Source: an uncultured delta proteobacterium (GTDB taxonomy: Bacteria > Desulfobacterota > Desulfomonilia > UBA1062). Taken from it: a stretch of 64,000 bases of DNA. The first letter of the stretch is position 1. Each line of letters begins with the position of its first letter. Below the pieces are notes generated by a model. That model worked only from the letters and a program-made list of their open reading frames with translations. It was not told where the DNA came from and did not search any database. The stretch spans positions 96,001 through 160,000 of the forward strand of contig CAWCTR010000014.1 in assembly GCA_963798485.1 (NCBI GenBank). Reading direction: 5' to 3'. Both the position numbers and the translations under genes were made by a program. Positions 19,939-30,633 of this stretch are shown piece after piece.

Positions 19939-21078
19939 TCATGATTGAAGTACACGCCCGATGGTCATGATTTCCGCCTCCTTCGTTCCCTCGTAAAGCT
20001 CGAGGATTTTGGCATCGCGGTACCATTTCTGAACGGCATATTCATCCATGTAGCCGTACCCTCCGTGGATTTCGACAGCGGCATTGGCGCAGAAGACGGC
20101 GGTCTGTCCTCCCAGGTACTTGCACATGGCGGCCAGGTGAAAGTCCGGCTTGCCGGCATCGACAAGCCATGCAGCCTTGTGGGTAAGCGTTCTGAGCGAT
20201 TCGATTCTAATGGCCATTTCCGTCAGTTTGGCCATGGTGATCTGATAGCTGCCGATAGGCGCGCCGAAAACTATTCTTTCCTTGGCATACTTGACGGCCG
20301 CGTCCAGGCAGGCCTGAGAAAGTCCTATCGCCTGACAGGAAACCAGAATCCTTGTAATATCAAAAAAATGCATCAACTGATGGAATCCCCGGCCTTCTCT
20401 TCCGATAAGGTTTTCTTGGGGGACACGAACGTCCTCAAAGCTAATTTCCGATGTATCACTGGCCCGTATGCCCATCTTTCCGTGGAGCTTGTTGCGGATG
20501 ACTCCTTTTGCATCGCCGGGGACGATAATCTGGCTGAAGCTGTTATGCCTTTTTTCCTCAGGCTTAGTGATGCACTGCACCACCATAAAATCGCAGACGG
20601 TCCCATTGGTGATAAACATCTTATTACCAGTAATGATAAAATCGGTTCCGTCTCTCACCGCCCTGGTTTTGTACCCTGCGACATCCGTACCGGCGTTGGG
20701 CTCGGTGAAGGCCCCGGCCGATACCCATTCCCCACGGCATACGGGAGGGATATATTTCTGTTTTTGTGCTTCCGTGCCGAAATAAAAAATGGCTTCACAG
20801 CCGAAAGAGGCCGCCACAATATTCAGTCCAATGCCCATATCCACTCGGGAAAGTTCTTCGGTAATGATAGCGTTACCCAGAATACCGACACCCGCGCCCC
20901 CATAGGCTTCTGGCACCCATGCAGCCACAAGACCCAGTTCGGCAGCCTTCCTGCGTATGTCAGGGGTATACTTTTCTTCCTTGTCACAGTCAAAAGAGAT
21001 CGGAGCTATCTCGTTCACAGCAAACTTATAGGTCATGTCCTTCAACATTTTGTGCTCTTCAGATAGATCGTAATTCAT
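19939..21078 (-). CDS. Acyl-CoA dehydrogenase
   Basis: TEPNAGTD, GNKMFITNG, KMGIRAS, HGGYGY, YRDAKI..LYEGT. Confidence 0.95.
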   Translation of the reverse strand: MNYDLSEEHKMLKDMTYKFAVNEIAPISFDCDKEEKYTPDIRRKAAELGLVAAWVPEAYGGAGVGILGNAIITEELSRVDMGIGLNIVAASFGCEAIFYFGTEAQKQKYIPPVCRGEWVSAGAFTEPNAGTDVAGYKTRAVRDGTDFIITGNKMFITNGTVCDFMVVQCITKPEEKRHNSFSQIIVPGDAKGVIRNKLHGKMGIRASDTSEISFEDVRVPQENLIGREGRGFHQLMHFFDITRILVSCQAIGLSQACLDAAVKYAKERIVFGAPIGSYQITMAKLTEMAIRIESLRTLTHKAAWLVDAGKPDFHLAAMCKYLGGQTAVFCANAAVEIHGGYGYMDEYAVQKWYRDAKILELYEGTKEAEIMTIGRVLQS

Positions 21079-21102
21079 GGTTTTTCTCCTTTCCGATGCT
21101 CG

Positions 21103-21420
21103 TTAATAGAAGTTCTTCCCATTGAGCTTTGGGCTGAGTTCGATCAGATCGGACCACCTCATGGGTCCACCCTTATCGTCGGGGAATCCCGTGCCCCAGA
21201 TCATTCCCACATCGATCATCCTGGGATCGTCCACGATATTCCTGGCCAGGAGATCTTTCCCGACCTTGGCCATGTCCGGGAGGAGAACCCATCTGACTTT
21301 CCTCGGCCATTGCCGCCTTGGGTTCTTTAAGGACAAACAATGGGAGGACGTCCGGGTCTACGGTGCCATCTTTCACGAAGAACCCTTTCCCTGATATTTA
21401 CAGACCTAGGCGTTCCGGTT
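21103..21420 (-). pseudogene. C-terminal remnant of a FadB/FadJ-type 3-hydroxyacyl-CoA dehydrogenase/hydratase
   Basis: RLGL*ISGKGFF (RLGxKxGxGFY motif with a stop), then in another frame IDVGMIWGTGFP..KGGPMRWSD. Confidence 0.72.
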
Positions 21421-21472
21421 CCGATACCCGCTTTATAGTTGTCTCGGCATGAACAGCTTCTTTCTCGATCCC

Positions 21473-22693
21473 TTAAGGAACACGCAGGATGACCGCTTCA
21501 CCTTGGGCAAGGCCGCCGCAGATGGATGCCACGCCATATCCGCCGCCCCTTCGTTGGAGTTCATAAGCCATATGCATGGTGATTCTGGCAGCGCTGGCGC
21601 CAACCGGGTGCCCGATCGCAATGGCGCCGCCATTGACATTGGTCCGGTCCATTATGGCCTGCCATTTTCCATTATTGCCATCCGCCAGGATTTTTGTGGA
21701 CGTCAGGGTAACGGCGGCAAAGGCCTCGTTGATCTCAATCATATCCATCTGGTCGAGGGTTAATCCAGCTTTATCCAGGGCCTTTTGGATCGTATGGGCC
21801 GGGATCTCCGCGATAGCCCGCGGCACCATTGCCGATGCCACGGAAGCCACGATCGTGGCCAAAGGTTTCAGCCCCTTTTCTTCCGCTTTCTTCCTCGTCA
21901 TGATGAGGATCGCACTGGAGCCTGCGCTGATGGGCGGCGCATTGCCCGCCGTAACCGTCGGGCTCCCGTAAATGGGTTTCAACTTGGCAAGAGCTTCCAT
22001 GGATGTTTTCCGGGGCGACTCATCCTTGTCGATGACAATGGCCTCGCCTCTTTTTTGCGGGATCACCACGGGCATGATTTCCTCGCCTACCTTAAACTTC
22101 CCTTCGGCAAAAGCCTTTGCATATTTTGATTGGCTCCCCAACGCCCATGCATCCTGCATCTCTCGCGTTATACCATGCTCCACGGCGACTTCTCCCGCGT
22201 CCTTAGCGACGGTATTGAAGCCCTTGGCCGTGTAGCCCAGCTCAAAGAGTGAATCTATGAGCTTGATATGCCCCAACTTGGTTCCTTTTCTCAGGCCGGG
22301 GGCTAAATGAGGTGTCCGGGGCATATTCTCGGAACCAACGGCCATGGCGATTTCCGCTTCGCCTGCCTTGATGGCCCGCACGCCCAAGCGCAGGCAGGTG
22401 AGGGAAGAACAGCAGGCCCGATCGAGGGTGAGGGATATGTTCTCTGCCGGGAATCCCGCCAGAAGCGTGGCCTGCCTCGCCGGCACATCCGTCTCCAGCG
22501 CAAGTTCGGCCAGGACGCAGCTGCCGTAACTGATATCATCGACTTCACCGGGATTTATGCCGGCACGCCGTACGACCTCTTGCATCACCATGACACCGAG
22601 GTCAATACTGGGGATATCCGCCATAGCTGAATCAAAATTGCTGAAAGGCGTTCTCACGGCGCTGACAATAACAATATCATCTTTGCAATCCAT
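21473..22693 (-). CDS. Thiolase (acetyl-CoA acyltransferase)
   Basis: RACCSS, EINEAFA, NVNGGAIAIGHPVGAS, ICGGLAQG. Confidence 0.93.
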   Translation of the reverse strand: MDCKDDIVIVSAVRTPFSNFDSAMADIPSIDLGVMVMQEVVRRAGINPGEVDDISYGSCVLAELALETDVPARQATLLAGFPAENISLTLDRACCSSLTCLRLGVRAIKAGEAEIAMAVGSENMPRTPHLAPGLRKGTKLGHIKLIDSLFELGYTAKGFNTVAKDAGEVAVEHGITREMQDAWALGSQSKYAKAFAEGKFKVGEEIMPVVIPQKRGEAIVIDKDESPRKTSMEALAKLKPIYGSPTVTAGNAPPISAGSSAILIMTRKKAEEKGLKPLATIVASVASAMVPRAIAEIPAHTIQKALDKAGLTLDQMDMIEINEAFAAVTLTSTKILADGNNGKWQAIMDRTNVNGGAIAIGHPVGASAARITMHMAYELQRRGGGYGVASICGGLAQGEAVILRVP

Positions 22694-22753
22694 CTTATGT
22701 GCTCTCCTTTTTGTTTGTTATATGTCCATGAATGTTAATTGTCGTAATCCCGG

Positions 22754-23521
22754 CTATTTGGCGGCCATCCGGATTGCCCCATCGATCCTGATCACTTCGC
22801 CGTTCAGCATGGGATTTTCAATAATATGACGGGCCAGGGCGGCGAATTCCTCCGGTCGTCCCAGCCGTTGAGGGAACGGCGCCATTTTGCTCAGTGCTTC
22901 ACGAGCCGCCTCCGGCAAGCCATGCAATAAAGGCGTGTCGAACAGGCCTGGTGCAATCGTCATCACCCGGATGCCGTAGTCCGCACATTCCCTGGCGATG
23001 GGCAGGGTCATGGCCACGATACCGCCTTTGGAGGCACTGTAATCCGCCTGTCCAATCTGGCCGTCGAAAGCCGCCACCGATGATGTGTTGATGATGACAC
23101 CCTTCTCGCCTTCGGAATTGGGCTCGTTTTTGACCATCTGTTCAACAGCCAGCCGGATCACGTTGAATGTACCGATAAGGTTAATCTGAATCGTCCTGTT
23201 GAAAGCGGCCAGCGGCATAGGTCCTTTTTTGGACAGAACCTTCATGGGCGCGCCACCCCCTGCGCAGTTGATCGTAATGTTGATCGCGCCGAAGGCTTCC
23301 ATGGTCTTATTGACGGCCGCCTGGACGCCTGTTTCGTCGGCCACGTTTGTTTGAGCGAAGATGACGTCCTTGCCGAGTTCTGCGGCAATCTTCTCCCCCC
23401 TGTCAGCTGCAAAATCAAAGATAGCTACCTTTGCCCCGCCTTTGAGCAAATTCCGGACGCAGGCTTCTCCCAATCCGGAAGCGCCGCCCGTAACAATCGC
23501 AACACTGTCTTTAATAATCAT
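22754..23521 (-). CDS. SDR 3-hydroxyacyl-CoA dehydrogenase (HSD17B10-like)
   Basis: [39 protein letters not shown]. Confidence 0.93.
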   Translation of the reverse strand: MIIKDSVAIVTGGASGLGEACVRNLLKGGAKVAIFDFAADRGEKIAAELGKDVIFAQTNVADETGVQAAVNKTMEAFGAINITINCAGGGAPMKVLSKKGPMPLAAFNRTIQINLIGTFNVIRLAVEQMVKNEPNSEGEKGVIINTSSVAAFDGQIGQADYSASKGGIVAMTLPIARECADYGIRVMTIAPGLFDTPLLHGLPEAAREALSKMAPFPQRLGRPEEFAALARHIIENPMLNGEVIRIDGAIRMAAK

Positions 23522-23587
23522 GGTTCCTCCCTTCCTATTTTAAACCCGGCCATTTCCTCCGGTTTATTGTTGCATCCCACTATGATT

Positions 23588-23608
23588 GGTATGTAATGCA
23601 TACTTACC
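23588..23608. promoter_or_regulatory. Palindromic operator, likely for the adjacent TetR, in the beta-oxidation promoter
   Basis: GGTATGTA-ATGCA-TACTTACC (7/8 arms), just downstream of a minus-strand TTGACT -35 box. Confidence 0.55.
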
Positions 23609-23813
23609 TTTTAAGTCAACTTTTTTCCCATTGCTAATCCGCCGGTTCCGGCGTGTAGATAAAAATATGGAGTTATAAGAACGGCTGGTTATTTTTATGT
23701 AGAGGATGAGCAACGTGTCGGGAGACTATACGGGCAGAAAAGTCCTTTGGAAGGGGCTGATGATAGCACTCATATCAGCCGGGGAAGACGGGGATAGATT
23801 TTATGTGAGATCG

Positions 23814-24473
23814 TTAAACATCCCTGGAAATACTTTTTTTCCTGCCTGACCTCGTCTGTTTTTGAATGCCGTTGAAAACGAATTTACAGATCTCATCCGT
23901 ATATGACTCGGGCGTTACATTCGTTCCGAATATCACTTTCGGCAGGCACATGTGTTCAATGGCGCCGTTGATCATTTGACTGGCATATCGGGCGGAGATA
24001 TCCGCGCGTATATCTCCTCGTTTGACGCCCTCCTCGATAATCTTCATGAGGATATTTGAGTATTCCCTGATCTGTTCATACGTCTCGCTTTTAAAAAAAG
24101 CGGGGAAACTACGGACTTCTATAATGAGGATTTTCGCAAAGACCGGCGTTTCGTGGTAATAATTCAAAGTCGAGGAAATGAACGTCCTGATTTTGTCAAA
24201 GGTACCTTCGGCAGCCTGAAGATGTTGACGGAGGATCTTGAGGAAATCCGAATTATATTCCTGTAAAACGTCGTGCATGAGGTTCCGCTTATCTTTGAAG
24301 TACTTGTAAATCAAGGCCTCGTTGACGCCGGCGGTTTCTGCAATTTCCACCCATGTAATTGCGTCGAAACTTTTTTTCTTCAGGAGCGATATCATTGCCT
24401 TGGAGATCTTAATGCGGCCCGGCGGGGCTGGTGGCCGCTTCTGATCTTTTAGTCCAGTCACCTTCATCATCAT
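23814..24473 (-). CDS. TetR/AcrR-family regulator (FadR-like)
   Basis: EIAETAGVNEALIYKYFKDK HTH. Confidence 0.9.
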   Translation of the reverse strand: MMMKVTGLKDQKRPPAPPGRIKISKAMISLLKKKSFDAITWVEIAETAGVNEALIYKYFKDKRNLMHDVLQEYNSDFLKILRQHLQAAEGTFDKIRTFISSTLNYYHETPVFAKILIIEVRSFPAFFKSETYEQIREYSNILMKIIEEGVKRGDIRADISARYASQMINGAIEHMCLPKVIFGTNVTPESYTDEICKFVFNGIQKQTRSGRKKSISRDV

Positions 24474-24690
24474 ACCTACAAAAGGAGAGATTTTTAGATA
24501 AGTTTACACTTATATTTACATGCGAAGTGTGTTGTCAATGAAAACTGATCACCAAGGAATAAAGACAAGGAGTTTAAAGCAAGGATAGGGAAACTTTGGG
24601 GATGCCAAACCGGTTTTTATCGATAGAGCCAACATAAAGGCATAAAATCTATTTATTCCAGTTGCAATCAAAGTCATCATTTAAGAAAGG

Positions 24691-27156
24691 TTACTTTTCA
24701 CCCAACACCTTTCTGATGGTTCTGGCCAGGTCTTCAATCTCAAAGGGCTTCATGAGAAATTCTCGAACTCCAAGCTCCTTTGCCTTCTCTTCCGTCATAT
24801 GTTCACTATACCCTGTGCATAGGATAATCGGGATGTCCGGACGGATTTTCATAAATTCCAGGGCCATCTTGTCACCCGTCATGACCGGCATGATGATGTC
24901 AGTAATCACAAGATCAAACTGCTCGGGGTGTTTCTGAAAAAGATCAAGGGCCTCTATGCTGCTTGTCCTGGAAACAACACGGTATCCCAGGTATCTTAAT
25001 CTCTCTTTTGTTGCCTTTACCAGAATCTGCTCGTCATCAATGAACAGTATCCGCTCGGTTCCATTCAGGGAAGGAGTCCCGGCGCGAGATGTCACTGCAT
25101 CTTTTTTGAATTCAATTTCCGGCAGATATATTTCAAAGGTGGTTCCTTCTCCCGGCATACTCTTACAGGTGATAGCCCCTTTGTGGCTTTTCACTATCCC
25201 GTGCACGACTGACAAACCCAAGCCTGTACCTCGGCCCTTTTCTTTGGTGGTAAAATAAGGATCAAAGATCCGCTCCAGAACCTCAGGGGGCATGCCATGT
25301 CCTGTATCTCTTATCGAGAGCCTTAAATAAGGTCCGGGTGGCAAATCCAGTGCAAGGGCTTGAGTATCTTCATGTATCTCAACTTTGTTCAGGCCCACTT
25401 CCAGCACCCCCCCCCTTTCGTCCATGGCTTGAGCAGCATTGGAACAAAGGTTCATCACCACCTGATGAATCTGGGTGGAGTCTGCCATAACACGGCCATT
25501 TGCCTGAAGGTTCTGCCGGATCTCAATGGTCTTGGGTAAGATTGCACGAAGCATCTTCAGTGGTTCTTTAATGGCGGTATCGAGCTTAAGTTGAATAAAT
25601 TCATGCTTGGTTCGGCGGCTGAAGGCAAGTATCTGTCTCACGAGGTCTTTTGCCCTGTTTGTTACCTTGAGTACCTCGTCAATATTTTTTCGTACCTTGT
25701 CGGGATCTGAAACATTTTGCATCCCGCGTTCCGTATAAGCGATAATGGCTGAAAGGATATTATTGAAATCATGGGCGATACCACCGGCCAATGTACCCAG
25801 TGCCTCCATCTTATGAGCCTGTACAAGTTGAGCCTCAAGTTTCTTTCTTTCGTCTTCAGCCCGCTTGCGGTCAGTTATGTCGAGCGAAACATTGGCGAGA
25901 AGCATTGGTGCTCCTGTCCCAGTTTCTGTGATGGTGAAGGTAACTGCGTGTACATCAGTAAGTTTGCCGGTCTTGAGGTTGCGATATTGCAACTCACCTT
26001 CCCAGGTGCCACCCTCCATCAGTGCCGGCAGGAGTTCACATTGCACCTTCTCTTGTAAATGATCAGGTATAACCTGAAGGATGTTTACCTGTTCAACCTC
26101 TTCAGGATAAATGCCCAACATAGCTCTCCCTGCTTCATTGAGAAAGATCATCTTCCCGTCAAGGTTTGACAGGTTGACGAACTCGCTGCTGTACCTGACC
26201 AATGATGCCAACTTCTGGAGTTCTTCCTCCACTTGTTTGCGCTTGGTGATGTTTTCAAGTGTTTCGATGGCTCCTACCAGGTCTCCTGAAGAATTCCTGA
26301 TCACGGCTGCGGTAAAACGAAGCCATGTTCCTTTTTCCCCCAGAGATGGAAAAAAGTCGGTGGCTTCATAGGCCTCATTGATTAAAGGAGACTTACTGAA
26401 CTTGTTGGGATACCACTCGTGAATCGTTTCTAATGCTCCATCGACAATAAGATCGGCCATGCAAGGCCTTTGGTTGTCATAGAAGGCCTTCCAGTGATCA
26501 CAGGTGCCTACCATGTCCCCCGTTTTCATCCCGCTCAAATGCTCCAAGGCCTCATTCCAGGAAATGACCCTATGATCTTTGTCAATGACAAAAGTGGCAA
26601 TTGGGGAGCCATGGAGGATAATCTGCAGTCTCTGCTCGCTCTCTCTCAGCGCCTCTTCGGCTTGTTTACGCTCGGTGATATCCCGGATTACCCCGTCGTA
26701 GGAAATGAGATTACCCCTTAGATCAAAGTGGAGCACCGGTGTGTTACTGACCCAACGCACACTTCCATCTTTGCGACGTATACGGTGCTCGATACGGCCG
26801 ATATTATCTCCCTTAAGAATCTGTGAGGCATGATCCCGGACTATTCCCTGGTCTTCTTCCACAACCATGTTGAACCACAGAAAGGGATCCTTTTCTAACT
26901 CCTCGGCGGTGTATCCGGTCACGGGTTCACAAACAGGAGTATGCAATGTGCGGACAGCAATGCCATCTTCAACTTCAACGGTGAAGATGTAATCGGTAAT
27001 AGCCGAGGTTATCCGGCGATACCTCTCTTCGCTCTCCTTAAGGGCATCCTCTATCTTATTGTTATCAGTATTTGATTTTTCTAATTCGGTTACCAGTCGG
27101 CGAGCATCAACCAACTCTTTTATGAGCTGCTCTTTTGTTACACCTTCATAATTCAC
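24691..27156 (-). CDS. Cytoplasmic hybrid sensor kinase (3 PAS-HisKA-HATPase-receiver)
   Basis: Three PAS/PAC blocks, LAGGIAHDFNN, FDPYFTTK..GTGLGL, receiver IDDE/TDIIMP/KP. Confidence 0.93.
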   Translation of the reverse strand: MNYEGVTKEQLIKELVDARRLVTELEKSNTDNNKIEDALKESEERYRRITSAITDYIFTVEVEDGIAVRTLHTPVCEPVTGYTAEELEKDPFLWFNMVVEEDQGIVRDHASQILKGDNIGRIEHRIRRKDGSVRWVSNTPVLHFDLRGNLISYDGVIRDITERKQAEEALRESEQRLQIILHGSPIATFVIDKDHRVISWNEALEHLSGMKTGDMVGTCDHWKAFYDNQRPCMADLIVDGALETIHEWYPNKFSKSPLINEAYEATDFFPSLGEKGTWLRFTAAVIRNSSGDLVGAIETLENITKRKQVEEELQKLASLVRYSSEFVNLSNLDGKMIFLNEAGRAMLGIYPEEVEQVNILQVIPDHLQEKVQCELLPALMEGGTWEGELQYRNLKTGKLTDVHAVTFTITETGTGAPMLLANVSLDITDRKRAEDERKKLEAQLVQAHKMEALGTLAGGIAHDFNNILSAIIAYTERGMQNVSDPDKVRKNIDEVLKVTNRAKDLVRQILAFSRRTKHEFIQLKLDTAIKEPLKMLRAILPKTIEIRQNLQANGRVMADSTQIHQVVMNLCSNAAQAMDERGGVLEVGLNKVEIHEDTQALALDLPPGPYLRLSIRDTGHGMPPEVLERIFDPYFTTKEKGRGTGLGLSVVHGIVKSHKGAITCKSMPGEGTTFEIYLPEIEFKKDAVTSRAGTPSLNGTERILFIDDEQILVKATKERLRYLGYRVVSRTSSIEALDLFQKHPEQFDLVITDIIMPVMTGDKMALEFMKIRPDIPIILCTGYSEHMTEEKAKELGVREFLMKPFEIEDLARTIRKVLGEK

Positions 27157-27459
27157 GTTTTCTTTTCTCCTGCCATGGAACCAGAGGTTCGTTTTTCTTG
27201 AAATCCCATTTGATCAGTAAGTTAATATTACCTCCAAATATTATAACATGAACCTGCACGAAAACCACAAGGAGTTGCTTGGTTGTCTTAGGGCTGATCC
27301 ATACTGCGTGCTTTCAATGCAGTCTTTGTTTTTTCTAAGCAGGAGGGATTGTCGCCTACAGGAAAGGCATTTCCATTCATATGGTAAAAATATTCCCATA
27401 TGACATGTATTACAAGCATACAATATTGCTAACAAATTGATATTCCGCCAACAATATTT

Positions 27460-27475
27460 TGGCAATCATTTTGCA
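27460..27475 (+). promoter_or_regulatory. Sigma54 (-24/-12) promoter
   Basis: TGGCAA-TCATT-TTGCA versus consensus TGGCAC-N5-TTGCW, about 80 bp upstream of the surface-protein gene. Confidence 0.6.
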
Positions 27476-27556
27476 ACAAAAAAATGGACTGTGCAAAGGA
27501 GAAATGAGCTCCTTATAATAAAGGATGCATTTTTATAAAAGCGCGGTCATTTTTAG

Positions 27557-30520
27557 ATGGAGTTCTACATGGGGATTACTAGGTCAAGGAAGACCTGCGG
27601 GTTTTCTTTGCTTATCATACTTTTTTGTTCCGCCTTTTTGTGCTCCGGGAAAGGATATGCCCAGGAGTGGGAATGGCAGAACCCCCTTCCGCAGGGTAAC
27701 AACCTGAATTCCGTCTGGAGCAATTCAAGCAATGATGTCTATGCCGTAGGATACAATGGCACAATCCTGCACTATGACGGCGCCACCTGGAACACCATGT
27801 CCAGCGGAACGAGCAGCGATCTCTGGTGCATCTGGGGCAGCTCTGGCAACGATCTCTTTGCTGTTGGAAATAATGGAACAATCCTTCACTTTAATGGGAG
27901 CACGTGGAGTGCCATGGCCAGCAGTACCACCAGTTACCTCTGGGGTATTTGGGGCTCTTCAAACAGCGATGTCTTTGCTGTTGGATATAATGGAACGATC
28001 CTTCATTATAACGGCACCGAGTGGACCGGCATGAACAGTGGTACAAACACAACGCTGAGAGGGATCTGGGGTGATTCGAGCACTGAAGTCTATGCTGTAG
28101 GATATGATGGTACGATCCTAAGCTACAACGGCACATCATGGAACATCATGAACTCAGGGTCGCATAAAGCCCTGTTAGGGATCTGGGGCAGCTCGAGCAG
28201 CGATGTCTTTGCAGTTGGATACGATGGCACTATGCTTCACTTTGACGGCACATCCTGGGGCATCATGAATGCGGGCACCCGTAAGGACCTTCTCAGTATA
28301 TGGGGAAGTTCCGCAAAGAGCATATATGCCATAGGTGATGCAGGGACGATCCTTCATTTTGATGGCAGCTCCTGGAGCCCGATGATCAATAATGGAACAA
28401 GTAATATCAATGGCGTAGGAGGTGTTTCGGATAAGTGTATTTATGCTGTAGGGGCCGGAGGGATGGTTTTAAGCTATGACGGCAGCGAATGGGCCTCCAT
28501 GACAAACGGCAAAAAGAATAAACTGTTAGCCATCCTGGGAAACTCGAAAACCGACATCCTTGCCGTTGGTGGTGAAGGTACTGTCTTGCATTATACTGGC
28601 AGCATCTGGAATTCCGAAAACATTGGGACAAATAACTCCCTTAACTGCGCCTGGAGCCCAGCAGGAAACGATATCTTTGCCGTGGGAAATAATGGTGCGA
28701 TCATTCACTATAATGATGGTGCCTGGAACGACATGACAAGCGGGACCACCAATATCCTCACGGGGGTATGGGGAACCTCGGGAAATGATGTTTTTGCCGT
28801 AGGGTATAATGGAACAATCCTTCACTATGACGGCAGCAACTGGAGCCCGATAAGCAGCGGAACAACGTCGAATCTCACCCAGGTCTGGGGGACTTCAGGA
28901 ACCAATGTGTTTGCCGTTGGGGAAAGAGGCACGATACTTCACTATGATGGTGCCGCATGGACCAGCACATTCAAAGGTACTCCCAACACGTTATTGGGGA
29001 TCTGGGGCAGTTCGGCAACCGATGTCTTTGCCGTAGGAGAGGCCGGTACGATCCTGCATTATGACGGCACTGCCTGGAGCCCGATGAACAGCAAAATAAC
29101 CTCCCTTCTTAATGGCGTATGGGGCGGCTCGGGAAGCGATGTATTTGCTGTTGGCGAGGAAGGTTCTATCCTCCATTATGACGGTACAGCGTGGAGTATG
29201 ATGAGCAGGGGGACGCGTAACTCTCTCTACAAGATCTGGGGCTGTTCAGCCGATGTGTTTGCCGTAGGTGATGCAGGGACAATTCTGCACTACAATAAAT
29301 CAGAGATTCAAACACCCCCCCCTTCTTTACCACGGGTCTTAGATGTAGCCTCTTCAGCCGTTCTCAAAGATAAAACTGATGCTGTTGCCGGTGTATATAA
29401 AGACGAGTCAATAAGATTGAATACCTCTTCGCAGAATTCCGGAAATGAGGCATCGGGGAACCCTGACGTTCAGAACCATAGCCTCCCTCATCCTGAGATA
29501 AATAAGGAAGAAACTAATGCTGTTGCCGGTGTATTTAAAGACGAGACAACAAGACTGAATACCTCTTCGCAGAATTCCGTAAATAAGGCATCGGGGATCT
29601 CCGACGTTCAGGACCATAGCCTCCCTCATCCTGTAATAAATAAGGATGAAACTAATGCTGTTGCCGGTGTATTTAATAAAGACGAGTCAACAAGACTGAA
29701 TACCTCTTCGCAGAATTACGGAAATGAAGCATCGAGGAACCCTGACGTTCAGAACCATAGCCTCCCTCATCCTGAGATAAATAAGGAAGAAACTAATGCT
29801 GTTGCCGGTGTATTTAAAGACGAGACAACAAGACTGAATACCTCTTCGCAGAATTCCGGAAATGAGGCATCGGGGAACCCTGACGTTCAGAACCATAGCC
29901 TCCCTCATCCTGTAATAAATAAGGAAGAAACTAATGCTGTTGCCGGTGTATATAAAGACGAGTCAACAAGATTGAACACCTCTTTGCAGAATTCCGGAGA
30001 TGAGGCATCGAGGATCTCCGACGTTCAGGACCATAGCCCCTCTCCTCTGGTAACGAACACGGAGATTCCATCAATCACCCCTCAGGTAGAAACTGATGTG
30101 GATATTATATCGTCCCACAGCACCTCTGGTTCACCTTCACTTAAAGATGATGCCGGCAATAACCGGGAGGCCGACATGATAAGCAGCGTGCCGTCTGATG
30201 AAGCAGTATCACGGGATAGAAAACAAAGAACCTCATCCATAAACAAACATGAAGATGGTACGCCCCAACCAACAGTCCGCAATGAGGGTGTTCATTCTGT
30301 CCTCATAAATGCTATAGGTCCTGATCCCGCAGGGCTGAAGGCAAAAAAGGTTCCAAATCCAAAAAGTAGAGAAGCTGAAAGGAAAGAACGTGGTGGAAAC
30401 AGCTTTTTCTCAGCGAATATTTTATATGATCAATTTATCCAGGAGATGTCACTTGTAGTCCTTGCGGCCTTAGTGCTCCTCGGTGTTTTAGGCATCTACC
30501 GAAGGCTTGGGAGTAACTGA
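27557..30520 (+). CDS. Secreted, C-terminally anchored beta-propeller repeat surface protein
   Basis: Signal peptide; 14 repeats of about 39 aa (WGsS.sDVFAVG..GTILHYDG..W); 46-aa repeat stalk; C-terminal TM helix followed by RR. Confidence 0.8.
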   Translation: MEFYMGITRSRKTCGFSLLIILFCSAFLCSGKGYAQEWEWQNPLPQGNNLNSVWSNSSNDVYAVGYNGTILHYDGATWNTMSSGTSSDLWCIWGSSGNDLFAVGNNGTILHFNGSTWSAMASSTTSYLWGIWGSSNSDVFAVGYNGTILHYNGTEWTGMNSGTNTTLRGIWGDSSTEVYAVGYDGTILSYNGTSWNIMNSGSHKALLGIWGSSSSDVFAVGYDGTMLHFDGTSWGIMNAGTRKDLLSIWGSSAKSIYAIGDAGTILHFDGSSWSPMINNGTSNINGVGGVSDKCIYAVGAGGMVLSYDGSEWASMTNGKKNKLLAILGNSKTDILAVGGEGTVLHYTGSIWNSENIGTNNSLNCAWSPAGNDIFAVGNNGAIIHYNDGAWNDMTSGTTNILTGVWGTSGNDVFAVGYNGTILHYDGSNWSPISSGTTSNLTQVWGTSGTNVFAVGERGTILHYDGAAWTSTFKGTPNTLLGIWGSSATDVFAVGEAGTILHYDGTAWSPMNSKITSLLNGVWGGSGSDVFAVGEEGSILHYDGTAWSMMSRGTRNSLYKIWGCSADVFAVGDAGTILHYNKSEIQTPPPSLPRVLDVASSAVLKDKTDAVAGVYKDESIRLNTSSQNSGNEASGNPDVQNHSLPHPEINKEETNAVAGVFKDETTRLNTSSQNSVNKASGISDVQDHSLPHPVINKDETNAVAGVFNKDESTRLNTSSQNYGNEASRNPDVQNHSLPHPEINKEETNAVAGVFKDETTRLNTSSQNSGNEASGNPDVQNHSLPHPVINKEETNAVAGVYKDESTRLNTSLQNSGDEASRISDVQDHSPSPLVTNTEIPSITPQVETDVDIISSHSTSGSPSLKDDAGNNREADMISSVPSDEAVSRDRKQRTSSINKHEDGTPQPTVRNEGVHSVLINAIGPDPAGLKAKKVPNPKSREAERKERGGNSFFSANILYDQFIQEMSLVVLAALVLLGVLGIYRRLGSN
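29372..30040 (+). repeat. Coding tandem repeat, 138-bp unit, about 5 copies
   Basis: GCTGTTGCCGGTGTA recurs at 29381, 29519, 29657, 29798 and 29936 (spacing 138, 138, 141, 138). Confidence 0.95.
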
Positions 30521-30633
30521 GTCGCTGTAAGGAAATAGTTGTACGTCTGAAAGCGTCCCTGAAATAAATGTCTCATATATTATTCCTTACACCTTGTACC
30601 CTATGAACCATTCATGTACATATTCAAGAATAT

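Noticed and set aside
19945-21066. 373-aa plus-strand ORF
   Set aside because: Antisense mirror of the acyl-CoA dehydrogenase; no motifs.
29372-30040. Regular repeats as a possible CRISPR array
   Set aside because: Whole 138-bp units repeat in frame within a CDS; no unique spacers and no cas genes.
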